DNA from: the human T2T-CHM13v2.0 reference genome, Homo sapiens
Reading direction: 5' to 3' (one strand)
DNA length: 64,000 nt
NCBI RefSeq assembly: GCF_009914755.1
Contig: NC_060927.1
A program made the translations under genes and the position numbers. Below are positions 38,861 to 50,500 of the stretch, piece after piece. The first letter of the stretch is position 1; each line of letters opens with the position of its first letter. The notes beneath the pieces are model-generated. The model was not told the DNA's origin, did no database searches, and was given only the letters and a program-made list of their open reading frames with translations.

Positions 38861-41124
38861 CCCTACCCTATGTGTCTTGGTGGGAGGCAAATCCTCTTTT
38901 ATGTCATGGAAATACAAAAGACAAGCTAGTTGCTTTTACAACCTTCCTTGTAGGCACTTGATCTAAAGCTGACCAAGCAGTAGATTCATCTAGGTGGATA
39001 AATTGGAAGCCAGAAATGCAAAGAAGTAGGAACAATGAATAACTCATTTCCTTTTATTATGATGGCAACAGCAATGGAGGATATATATATTTCTGGGAAG
39101 ACGAGGAGCAGGGGTTACAACAGTGACATCTGGGGTCTGGGACTATTATTGAATGCTTTTGCTAACAGTTGGGCCTAATTTTCAGGACATCTACAGAAGA
39201 GTCCCTATTGGATAACACTAGCCCTGATCAAGTTGTTGTCTAGTCTCCTTTGTCCTGCCTATTTTTCAACCTTCTGAGCAACTCAACTGTGCAAGCAGCT
39301 GATATAATTTCAGTTCATTCATTTTGATTGAATCAGCCAGAATGTGATGCTTGCAAATAAGATTCCTGAATAACAATATATAAGTTAATTTTGAAATTTT
39401 CTTTGTTAATGTGCAGAGTTATTTTAGTATATTCCTGGCAGCATGAATTATTTGCTCTAAATGCCACTGCCTATTCATGCCAACAGTACACTTATTCACT
39501 TATTTTAGAGATGTCCATACTGTATTTCAGCAGTTTCTTTTCAATGTATTTGTGGTTCTTTAAAAGATCCTTACTGGGTCAAGGTACAAAGCTCTCTTTA
39601 GGGTTTAAATTATATTTTAAAAATCAAATAGTTGAAACCATTTGTTTTTATTCTTTCCCTCTAAAAAATGTAAGTGAATTGTTTTCCTGGATTAGTCTAT
39701 TGAAGTAAGCAGTGCATTACCAAAAGAGACCAACTCTCTGACTGCTTTAATATATCATTTTCTTTATTTTGAACTTGGTTCAACCTAGATATGAAGATGA
39801 CCTAGAATACTTCTGAAATTTCTTTCTAACTCCATGATTCCTAAGACCATGATTTAGAGTCAACATTTCCACTGAAGTAGATTCATTTAGTTGGGTGGGT
39901 AAGGTGATTACTCTTCTGAAGGGTTATTATTCTGGAAATGACTTGATGACTAAATTAGACTGAAACAGGTATAGTGGGAGAATGTAAAGTGGTAGATTCA
40001 TTACAAATGCCCAGCAGGAATGTAATTTTATGTATTCTGGATTTACTTTTGTAATTTGTTAGGAAAAAATAGGAAGAGGAACTTTACTCCTAGTGGCCAC
40101 TCCAACACTGTAATTCTCTTGCTGAAGTTCGAACTCAAGAATAACTCTGATTTGCCTCTCTGCCACCCCTACAATCTGCAACTGTAAAAAAGAAATTAAA
40201 AGCAATGAAAAAGATTGGAAATGCCAGCAGCCAGAGAGTGCTAGATGATCTGAAGTATAGAGGGAATAAACAATTATTTCCTCTGTTCTGAACTATTTGT
40301 TTCTGGAAAGGTGGAGAAGAAAATGGTGGGGGAAAAGGAAGCTTCTTCAGAGACCTTTGGTCCTTTCTATTGAAGGCTTCAGCAAGAAGAAGAAAAAGTT
40401 GTAAATTTATAAGACTTGGGGCAAAAATGTAAGATGAGGTTCTATACTGAAGTATGGGATAAGGTGACTGTTGTACCTTAAAACAAGAGGTTTTGATTTT
40501 CAGAATAACCAGTCAAATGTGTCTCTTACTATTCTAACTATTGGGCAGTGAAGCAAAAGAAACAAAAGCAAAAACGAAAAAGCTCACTAACAAATATGTG
40601 GCACATACATGCAGAAACTTAAGGTAAAGAGGAGCCTTAATTGTAGGAGAACACAAATTTTAGGCAAGAACTGCTAAGACCTGATTACTTATCTGTCTTT
40701 ACGTGGAGTTTGTTCACAGATCTAAAGGGGCTGGGTTGCAAAACAACAGATTTTCCTAAGATTCAAGTGATGTGATAAAAGTCAGCCTTTTTGTCAGCTG
40801 GGGAGAGAATCTTCCCTGAATTCCAGATAGACTAAGGCCTAGAGACGTCAAGTGACTTTTCCAGTGTCATAGCTTGTTCAGAACAGAACCTGGACTGGCA
40901 GTCAGGCTCTGATAATGAATACGGAGACACAGGAGGCCCTGGCTTTGTTTCTGCCCGCTTCAGCCCCTACTGGGTACAAGGAATGCTCTTCAAAGGACTG
41001 TTGGGATTCAATGTCAAAAGCTACTCCTCTGCTTGAAGGAACAACAGCCTACAAGGGTTGCTTTAACAAATGAGTAAACCCTTTAGAAACTTCCTAAAAC
41101 TCAGTTTCATTTGAACTAACAATT

Positions 41125-41295
41125 AAGCACCTGGCTCTGGATTCAGCTACTCCTGGTTTCAGTTTACTTCTGCCACTTATCAGCAGGTCATTTTGGGACT
41201 GTTAATTAATGTCCCTAAACCTCAATTTTCTTACTGTAAAATGGAGATCATTGTGATACCTACTTTTTATGGTTCTTGTGAGGATTTATTCATGC
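41125..41295. mobile_element. MIR
   Basis: CTTCTGCCACTTATCAGC...CCTCAATTTTCTTACTGTAAAATGGAGAT...GTGAGGATT. Confidence 0.7.
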
Positions 41296-42544
41296 AACTG
41301 AAAAATAATAAGAAGTATGAGATGAGAGTTTAATAAATAGAGGAGAGCCAGGTATGGAAAAATACAGAGTACAATACATATTAAGATAAATGAGCGAGTT
41401 TTTTTTATATTTGTTAAACTCTATTTTGTCTTAATATTTATTACACTCTATTTCTTTTCCTCCCTCCATTACTGAAATGCATTGCTCTCACATATGCTTA
41501 CCCTGGTTTGCCTGGTTTATAGGCATCAGTTGCATACCCAGTTCAAAGGTAGAGACTTTGAAATATTTTTTAATCCACAAAAGTTTTATCCTGGAAAAGT
41601 CGGTAGGAAAAATGTACCCAGAAATTAGCAAGGAGTGATTAAAACCACAGGAGCTCAATACAGCTATGTGGGGAAAGATTCAGGCTGTGGTGAGAGATTT
41701 ACAAAAAATTTTAGAGCTGGAATTGGCATTGGTGGCCATCTAGTTGACTTGTTTATTTTTTAAAAGGGGAAAGACAAGTCCAGAGAGGTTGCTCATGTAC
41801 CTGAGGTCTCATGGCACTTCTTCTAGGAGAGCAACACTCTTGATTCTCCACTTTTCTATTTATCTTCTTTACTTAAGTTTTATTTTACCTCCTGTTTAAT
41901 ATTTCCCATGCTTGATTGGTAGGGGCATAATGCTTCTCCATAATTTGGTTCCTACTGTTTGAATCTGGTGTGCTTCATGCAGGACCCTACCAGGGAGATT
42001 ATAGTGCAGGTGTTCTTGTTGAATGAAGTTCTTGCTGATGGCTCCTGTCTCACTTTTGTCTCTGAAGTTGACAAAGATTCTCCACCAGAGTGGAGTCTGG
42101 CCCACACCCACAACTATGTGTCTCCTCCTGTTATTTCCTTCATTACCCTGATTCTGTCTCTTGACAATTTCTGAGAGGTGGGTTAAAAAACAAGAAGCCT
42201 CTCTTCCAAAGAGGAAATGTTTTATTCTGGGGAGACTTTTCCAGATAGTGTAACAAAGTGTTTACAGTAGGGGCAAACCCCAGCCAACCACTATACCCCT
42301 GAAAGCCAAGACTGAGACCATCATGTCTCTTAGCCATGCAAAAGATAGTGATATGTCAATAGCCAGGGACCTTGACCTTTCTCTTTAAGTCCTTAAAGTC
42401 ACAGAAATAAAGCCCATGAACCAAGACAAATCAACAAGATCTTCTCAAATCTCAACCATTTATCTCCATTGCTCTTAGTATTTACGGAAAGGTAATAGCT
42501 ACTCATTTGGTGGCAGTAGTTTCTGTAAGCTTTAAACTTTAGAC

Positions 42545-42717
42545 TAGTGACTCAAACTTGAGGGTTTATCAGAATTCCCAGAGGGTTGCTAAAACACAAA
42601 TTGCTGGGCCAGTCTCTAAGAGGTCTGGAGTAGGGCCCAAGGATGTGCATTTCTAACAAGCTTCTAAGTGATGCTGATGCTGTTGGACCAGGGACTACAT
42701 TTAGGATGCACCACTAG
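42545..42717. mobile_element. MER5A DNA transposon
   Basis: CTCAAACTTGAG...AAAACACAAATTGCTGGGCC...TGCATTTCTAACAAG...GATGCTGATGCTG. Confidence 0.8.
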
Positions 42718-45619
42718 AAGAGAAACAGGCCTTTCCTGACTTTCACCCTAATCTTCTGCCTCGCCATACTTCCTTTTTATCTTTAGCTGCTCAGACCCTT
42801 TTTTCCAGTGCCAATAGGCTTGCAAATCCTTTTTGCACACTCAAACACTGATGGTCATTACAGCTCAAAGTCACACTTCTCTCCACACATTCATTCTGTA
42901 ATGGGACATTTTGACTAACCAACCTCAGACATTGCAGGAATAGACTACATCTCCAAGTGATACACTGGTATCACTTTGCACATGCTGATGTGCCTGGGGA
43001 GTTTGACTTGTGCAACTGAGAGAGGTGGGTGGAGGTGAAATTTATTGTAGCTAAGCTTCTCAGACGGGAAGGGGTATGGCATGAAGAATGGCATTTTCTC
43101 TCTTCATCTTGTTCCTTGGACTGGGTTTGAGCCCCTGTGTTTACATGGATGAGGGAAAAAAAGTTTAAGGAACTGGTTAATAAAACTCTTTGCAGCATTT
43201 TGAGCATGAACAGACTTGTTTTGAGGCCAGGCAAAGGAGGTGAGGCCTTCGTAGTCTGATGCCTCTTGGTCACTGGTTAAGGGATCCCAAAGGAGGCATG
43301 TGAATTTTCAGGTGGGTCAGGCTCTTTTTCTTTCAGTAGTCTGAGGGCAGTCATATAGAAACACGCTGGCTGTTGGTATCTAACCCACTCCAAAGGGAGG
43401 AGGGATCTGCACAAACATAACAAAAAAGATATTCTAGGGGATCAGGGTGGAGCCCTGAAATTACCCAACACAACAGAGAGACCATAAGTATATGAAGCCA
43501 CTTGGGAAGGGCGGGTGCGTGAGAATCCGTGAAAACATATTTACTGACTCTGATGATGACTTACCCTAATTGTTCTTCGAAACTGTGTTCATGAATCTCT
43601 GAGATGTTGGAGGCTCTCCGGTTCAAAACTGTCCTCCGAAGAAGTCTTTTATTGGCTCCTCCGTGGCATGAGATGCCTAGCTTGAGACGTGGTGAGGACA
43701 GCCAACACAAGGTTCCTCAGGCTGAGGTTAGCAACTGAGCCTTTAAATCGTCTTTCTATGTTGCCTGATTTCTTTCAGGCAGGGAGCCCAAGACTAGTGT
43801 GTTTACTGGGACACTGCCAGTTTCTTTTCATGCTTACTTTCTTTGATTCTGAGTAGCCAGGTGTCCCCTAAAGCAGTTGCCTGGGAATTTAGATGCATCT
43901 ACAGTAATAAATTTTGCAGCATCATTTGCATGTTTAACCTTCCTCTGCTTCTCTTATTCTCAAAAAGATGCAGGCAAAGCCATTTCTGCAGATACTTCCA
44001 TGCTGCTGAAGAAGGCTGGGGTTCTGATGAAATAAAAATGAGGACTATTTTGTTAGGACTCTTTGAGTCTTATGTCCCCCAACTCCACATCTCTTTTAAG
44101 AAGGGCATATTGAGCGGCTGTGCTATTTCATCAGTGAATATATCCTGGATTTTTATTTCACCCATGACTCAAGGACCATATTATAATTTATCTTCCACAT
44201 TCACACAGAATTGCTAAAGTTGTGTTTTTCCATTCCATGGAAACAATACTGGTCATGAAATCAGAAGACATGGCCTTCAGTTGTGGCTTCTCACAAACTA
44301 GGTGACCTCCCCTGTGACATGGCTAAGATTTGTTTTCCTTACTCAGTATGGCCATTGTGAAGGCCAAAAGTACATAAATCAGTTTATAGGGCTATTAAGA
44401 GTAATAAAAAATAAAGAGTTTCTAGAATAGAAAATACCATATAATTACTAACTATACTGCACCATTGTGATCAGTATCAGTACACACATCCAAAGGGGTT
44501 GCCCTCCACCTTCTAGTTGGCTTTAAACCTGGGCTGAAATCCAGTCTATTTAATCCTGAGAAAGGAATTGCAGCTCTCTGAATACTACTTTTCCCATATT
44601 TGCCTTTTTGCATGTGGTAAGGATTGTAGCTAACACATATAAATGCCTGGAAGAGTTCCTGTCACCCTATCAATGATATTTTATTATCATTTCACTTTTT
44701 GACCTTTGGCAATTATAAAGAAACTCTGAGATGTTGTAGAGCAAACTCTTGTGTGGCATTGAGTGTTATTACCAAGACATAAGATTATTATGGAACCTCT
44801 GCCTTTGGCTCAAATACTGACTCCATAAGGAGGTGCTAAGTGTCCCTAAGGAAAAAATATCTCAGAGGCAAACTGTCACTGATTCTCAAATGTTGACACC
44901 TCTTTCCATTTTTCTGTTCACAGGGACCCAATTTTAGGCTCCATAACTTCTTTTTGTGCCCACCTGTGCTTGCCTGACTTTGAGCCCCCTGCATAACTAC
45001 CTCCTCTGACCTTAGTTCATTGAATAATGCAACTTTTGCAGCAATGGCTGCAATGGACAGGACACAATGCCATCTCTCCTGTGTAACCTTCTTTGTCAGC
45101 CAGTATGCATTGGGCTTTTTCCTCCAAAACTCACTTTGCAACTATTGTCTATTATTCAAGCAATCATTTTCTGTAACTCAAGTAGCACCTTTTACTTCCT
45201 TTCTCTAATTATCTAGACCCCAAGGTATAGTACAATAAATACATACCTGCATGCCTTGAGCTAGCTTTCTTTCTTTTGTGTACTGACCTCTTCAGATACA
45301 TTCTGAGTGTTTTCTGGGTGTGAACTATGCATTTTCTACCACTTAGCACTAATACAGAATTTACAGCCCACTGGGGTTTGGCGTATGGTAAGTTTTGATG
45401 TGAACTCACTGTCTGATGGAAAGTCAAAAGTGATTTCTATAGTGAGGATCTGTTTATTTCATGCTATTGGCTGTTGCTATGATTTAGAGGGTTTTCTCAG
45501 GATGTATATCAATTGCTTTGCTCTATTGAATACTTTTTAGGGGTTCTTACAAATGTTTGACCAATGCCAGTACCCTGGAAGAGGAAAGGGCGCCAGATGG
45601 GTATTCATATATTAAAGTT

Positions 45620-45905
45620 ACTTGTTTCGAAAAATGCCAGACACAAAAGCGTACACACAAAATTATTTACTTGTATAAGGTTCAAAAATAGACAAAACTA
45701 TGCCCTTACCTCTACCCTAGGGTGTGCAGTAATTGGAAGAATGTAGGAAGAGGTTTCTGGGATAATGCAAATGTACCATTTTGTGTCTTGATATGAAAGG
45801 ATGGTTAGATAAGTATGTTTAACTTTTCAAAAAGTTTCCCAGCTAAGTACTTACAATTTGTGCAGTTTTGTATCTGTACGCTATTCATTCATAAAAGAAA
45901 AAAAT
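45620..45905 (+). mobile_element. Old L1M 3' fragment
   Basis: GCCAGACACAAAAG...AAGGTTCAAAAATAGACAAAACTA...GTACTTACAATTTGTGCA. Confidence 0.55.
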
Positions 45906-46519
45906 CTTGGGTTCTCTTATTAATTTTGTTTAACAAGAGAAAAAGCAACATCAGTTTGGGCTGAGAATAAAAATAATATTATTGTGACTTACCTTAGATG
46001 CCTTCTGTCCTGTATATACCTTGGAAATGAGAAAACCTGCTCATGTGGGGTTGTCTCTAGGACTTAGAAACAACGTTTATAGAGAAGTGAAAGTCAACCA
46101 TCTAGTTGAGGTGGAAAACTTAGAACTTGGCTTGTGTAAACAACACAGAATACCTAATAAGAAGTGGCCGATGACTTGTTTATTGTCTGCTGGGATCAGA
46201 CAGCTCTCAATTCCTGGTATAAGTCTGAAGAGAATGGCTGTCTTACAAGGCTTGGAGATAGACAGACATTTATGGAGAATGTTATTAAGGTGTTTGCATG
46301 TCCTTTTAGGTATTCAAATCTCATGGTTTATTAGGGGATTCAAAATATCTGCCTGTAGGCTTTTTGTGAGAAAAGAAATCTTATGCATAAACTAAGGCTC
46401 TCTAGGTCAACAGCATCATATTCTTACTGAGCACAAATTTCCTTGCTACACAAATTATTTTATGTTTCTTTTCTTTTGCAGAAGGATTGACAAACAAGCT
46501 CCAGTGACACTGTTTTATA

Positions 46520-46960
46520 TTGCCTATCTACTTAGAAACCATACCTGCCAAAGAACACAACTGCATTCACTGAGTGTCACGAACTTAACTCATATCACAG
46601 GAAGAGAGACTAAAGTCTGTCAACACATCTGGACAGGGTTTTCTCACAATTATTTTCTCTGCTGGCCCAATAGACTTTGTACCAGGCTGTTGTGTGTTCT
46701 CCAAACCCTTTGAATCCCCCTAAAAATAATTTACTAGCCCTCAAATTGTCACATTTTATGCATCTCTCTTTCCCCAATGAATAATGGTATATAACATCTG
46801 TACACCATTTGGTTATTGGGAAATCATTCTCCTCTAATTCCTCGATGCTATGCTAAAATACAATTTCGTATGTCTTTTCTGCCACTAATCTACCTTTCGT
46901 CAGTTGATGTTTCAGTAGAGTTTTAGAGGGTAAAAGCTGAGTTTTATCTTCACCCCTTCA
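46520..46960 (+). mobile_element. 5' LTR (U3 start missing)
   Basis: Aligns by eye with about 63130-63580 (e.g. GTCTGTCAACA, CCCAATAGACTT, TTGAATCCCCCTAAAA, CCCTCAAATTG, TATGTCTTTTC). Ends CCCCTTCA. Confidence 0.85.
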
Positions 46961-46964
46961 GTTT

Positions 46965-46983
46965 TGGCACGATGAGCAAGGAT
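46965..46983 (+). other. Degenerate primer binding site, tRNA-Ser-like
   Basis: TGGCACGATGAGCAAGGAT just after the LTR end resembles TGGCGCTGTGAGCAGGAT (complement of a tRNA-Ser 3' end as I recall it). Confidence 0.55.
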
Positions 46984-47542
46984 AACTCAAAACCACTCTG
47001 CTCTTCTGGAAGCCACAGTCAAGGGAACCCAGGACCTGACAAGCTGGCAGAAGGACAAGAAATTCTTGCCAGCCAGACTCCTGGTCTATCTCTGTGGAAT
47101 CCAGTAGAGCTGATGGTAAGAATCACTGTGTCTGTTTTTCCTTTTGCAAATTTAAGATTAATAGGAGAAAAGCATTTATACAGACTAGCCTTAGGTTTAG
47201 TGACTCTGATATATTTTTTGTTATGAACATTCATAGAGTCTGATCTTTTCCCTCCCAGAAATAGTATTTTTTTTTTTGGTCTCTATCCTTCTGTGTTGTT
47301 TGTCCCTCTTGTTTTGTTGTGTGTCCTTAAGAGCTTGACTTGTGATCAAGTAGGAATACTTCTTAGTCTCCACCATCCTGGGAGTGTGATTTTTTGGGTT
47401 GTGTCCAGTGGCCAGTCTGAAAAGATTAGAAACCCCAAGAAACCTAAGATATTAAGCACCATACCTTGTTCCAAATGTGCCAAGCTCTCAAGGAAGTTTG
47501 CCTTAATAACAATTCCCATTTATAGGGGCTTTTGTTGTTTTA

Positions 47543-50500
47543 TATTTTTTATTTATTAATTTTTTTCCAACTTTTATTTCAGGTTCAAGGGGTACATGTG
47601 CAGGTTTGTTACAGAGGTGAATTGCATGTCATAGGAGGTTTGGTGTACAGATAATTTTGACACCCAGATAATCAGCATAATACTCGATAGGTAGTTTTCC
47701 AATCTTCATCCTCCTCACACCCTCCACCCTCAAATAGGCCCCAGTATCTATTCCCTTCTTTGTGTCCATGTGAACTCAATTTATAGCTGTCATTTATAAA
47801 TGAGAACATGCGGTATTAATTTGCTGAGGATGATGGCCGGAAGCTCTATCCACGTTGCTGCAAAGGCCATGATCTCATTCTTCATATCTGCATAGCATTC
47901 TACGGGGTTAAAGTATCACATTTTCTTTATTCAGTTCACTTTGATGGGCATCTAGGTGTATTCTATGTCTGCTATTGTGAAAAGTGCTGTATTGAATATA
48001 CTCATGTATGTGTCTTTGTGGTAGAAGGATTTATATTCCTTTAGGTATATAATCAGTAATAGGATTGCTGGGTTGAATGGTAGTTGTATTTTAAATTTTT
48101 GAGAAATCACCAGACTACTTTTCACAGTGGCTGAAATAATTTACATTCCCAGCCATGTGTGAGTGTTCCCTTTTCTTCACAAGCTTGCCAACATCTATTA
48201 TTTTTTGACTTTTTAATAATAGCCATTCTGACTGGTGTGAGGTTGTACCTCATTGTGGTCTTGATTTGCATTTCCCTAATGATTAGTGATGTTGAACACT
48301 TTTTCATATGCTTCTTGGCCATATGTGTGTCCTCTTTTGAGAAATGTCTGTTCATGTCTTTAAGCCCATTTTTAAATGAGGTGTGTTTTCTGTTGTTGTT
48401 TGTTAGTTGATTTGCTTAAGTTCCTCATAGACTCCTGATATTAAGCCTGTGTTGGAGAAAATATTTGCAAATATTTTCTCCCACTGTATAGGTTGTCTGT
48501 TTCCTGTGCAGAAGCGCTTTGGTTTAATTAGCTGCCACTAATCAATTTTTTCTTTGTTTCAATTGCTTTTAGAGACTGTTATGAAGTTTTTGCTTGGGCT
48601 GATGTCCAGGAGGGTATTTCCTAGGTTTCCTTTCAGGGTTGTTATAGTTTTAGGTTTTATATTTAAGTTTTTAATCCATCTTGAGTTGATTTTTTATATG
48701 GTGTAAGGAAGGGGTCCAGTTTCAACCTTCTGCATATGGCTAGCCAGTTATTCCAGCACCATTTGTTGAACAGGGAATCCCATCCCATTGCTTATTATTG
48801 TTGGCTTTGTCAAAGATCAGATAGTTGTAGGTGTGTGGCTTTATTTTTGGGTTTTCTAACTGGTTCCATTAGTCTGTGTGTCTGTTTTTGTACCAGTACA
48901 ATGCTGTTTTGCTTACTGTAGCCTTGTAGTATAGTTTGAAGTTGAGTAATGTGATGCCTCCTGCTTTGTTCTTTTTGCTTACAATTGCTTTGACTCTTTA
49001 GGCTCTGTTTCAATTCTACGTGAATTTTAGAATTTTATTTTCTCATTTTGTGAAAATTTTTTTTTGTAGTTTGATAGGAATTGCGTTGAATCTGTAAATT
49101 GCTTTGGGCAATATGGCCAGTTTAACAATATTGATTCTTCCTATCCATGATAATGGAATGTTGTTCCATTTGTTTGTGTTATCTCTTATTTATTTCAACA
49201 AGGTTTTGTAATTATTATTGTAGAGATTTTTTATCTCCCTGGTTAACTGTATTCTTAGGTATTTTATTCTTTTTGTGGCTATTGTGAATGGGATTTAATT
49301 ATTGATTTGGCTCTTAGCTTGAATGTTATTAGTATATAGAAATGCTACTGGGTTTTATATATTGACCTTGTATCCTGAAACTTTACTGAAGTTGTTTATC
49401 GAACTGGGAGCCTTTAGGCAGCAATTTTAGGTTTTTCTAGGTATAGTGTCATATCATCTGCAAAGAGAGATTGTCTAATTTCTCCCTTTCTAATTTGATG
49501 CCTTTTATTTTATTCTCTTGCCTGATTGCTTTGGCTATGACTTCCAACACTATGTTAAATAAGAGTGGTGAGAGTGAGCATCCTTGTCTTGTTCCAGTTC
49601 TCAGGGGGAATGCTTCTAGCATTTTCCCATTCAGTATGTTCCCTGTGGGTTTGTTATAGATGGCTCTTACTATTTTAAAGTTGTGAAATAATACCTTAAA
49701 ATACCTCTGATGCCTAGTTTGTTCAGAGTTTTTAACATGAAGTGAAGTTAAATTTTATCAAAAGCCTTTTCTGCATGTATTGAGATAATTGTGGGGGTTT
49801 TTGTTTTTAGTTCTGTTATGTGATGAGTCACATTTATTGATTTGTGTATGTTGAACCAACCTTGCATCGCAGGAATAAGGCCTACTTGATTGTGGTGGAT
49901 TAACTTTTTGTTATTGATATGGTTTGGCTGTGTCCCCACCCTAATCTAATGTTGCCTTCCCATGTATTGTTGGGGGGACCTGGTGGGAGGTAATCAAATC
50001 ATGGAGCAAGTCTTTCTCATGCTGTTCTCATAATAGTGAATAAGTCTCATGAGATCTGATAGTTTTAAAAAAAGGCAGTTTCCCTGCACAAGCTCTCTCT
50101 CTTTGCCTGCTGCCATCCACGTAAGACGTGACTTGCTCCTCCTTGCCTTCCACCAATGTGGAACTGTAAGTCCATTAAACCTCTTTCTTCTGTAAATTGC
50201 CCAGTCTTGGGTATGTCTTCATCAGCAGTGTGGAAATGGACTAATACAGTTGTGCTGCTGGATTTTCTTTGCTAGTATTTTGTTGAAGATTTTTGCATCT
50301 GTATTCATCAGGGATATTGGCTGGAAGTTTCCTTTTTTGTGTCTCTGCCATATTTTGCTATCAGAGTAATGCTAACCTCATAGAATGGGTTAGGGAGAAG
50401 TCCTGCCTCCTCAATTTTTAGGATACATTTCAGTAGGATTGGTACCAGCTCTTCTTTGTATGTCTGGGAAAATTGGGCTGTGAATCCTTCTGGTCCAAGG

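Noticed and set aside
43843-46395. Unique-sequence ORFs of 100-124 aa (43843, 44836, 46021)
   Set aside because: They have non-ATG starts, no recognisable domains, and lengths expected by chance.
46506-46516. CTGT at 46510-46513 as the ERV TSD matching CTGT after 63580
   Set aside because: A 4-mer match is expected by chance, and the LTR start is not recognisable next to it.
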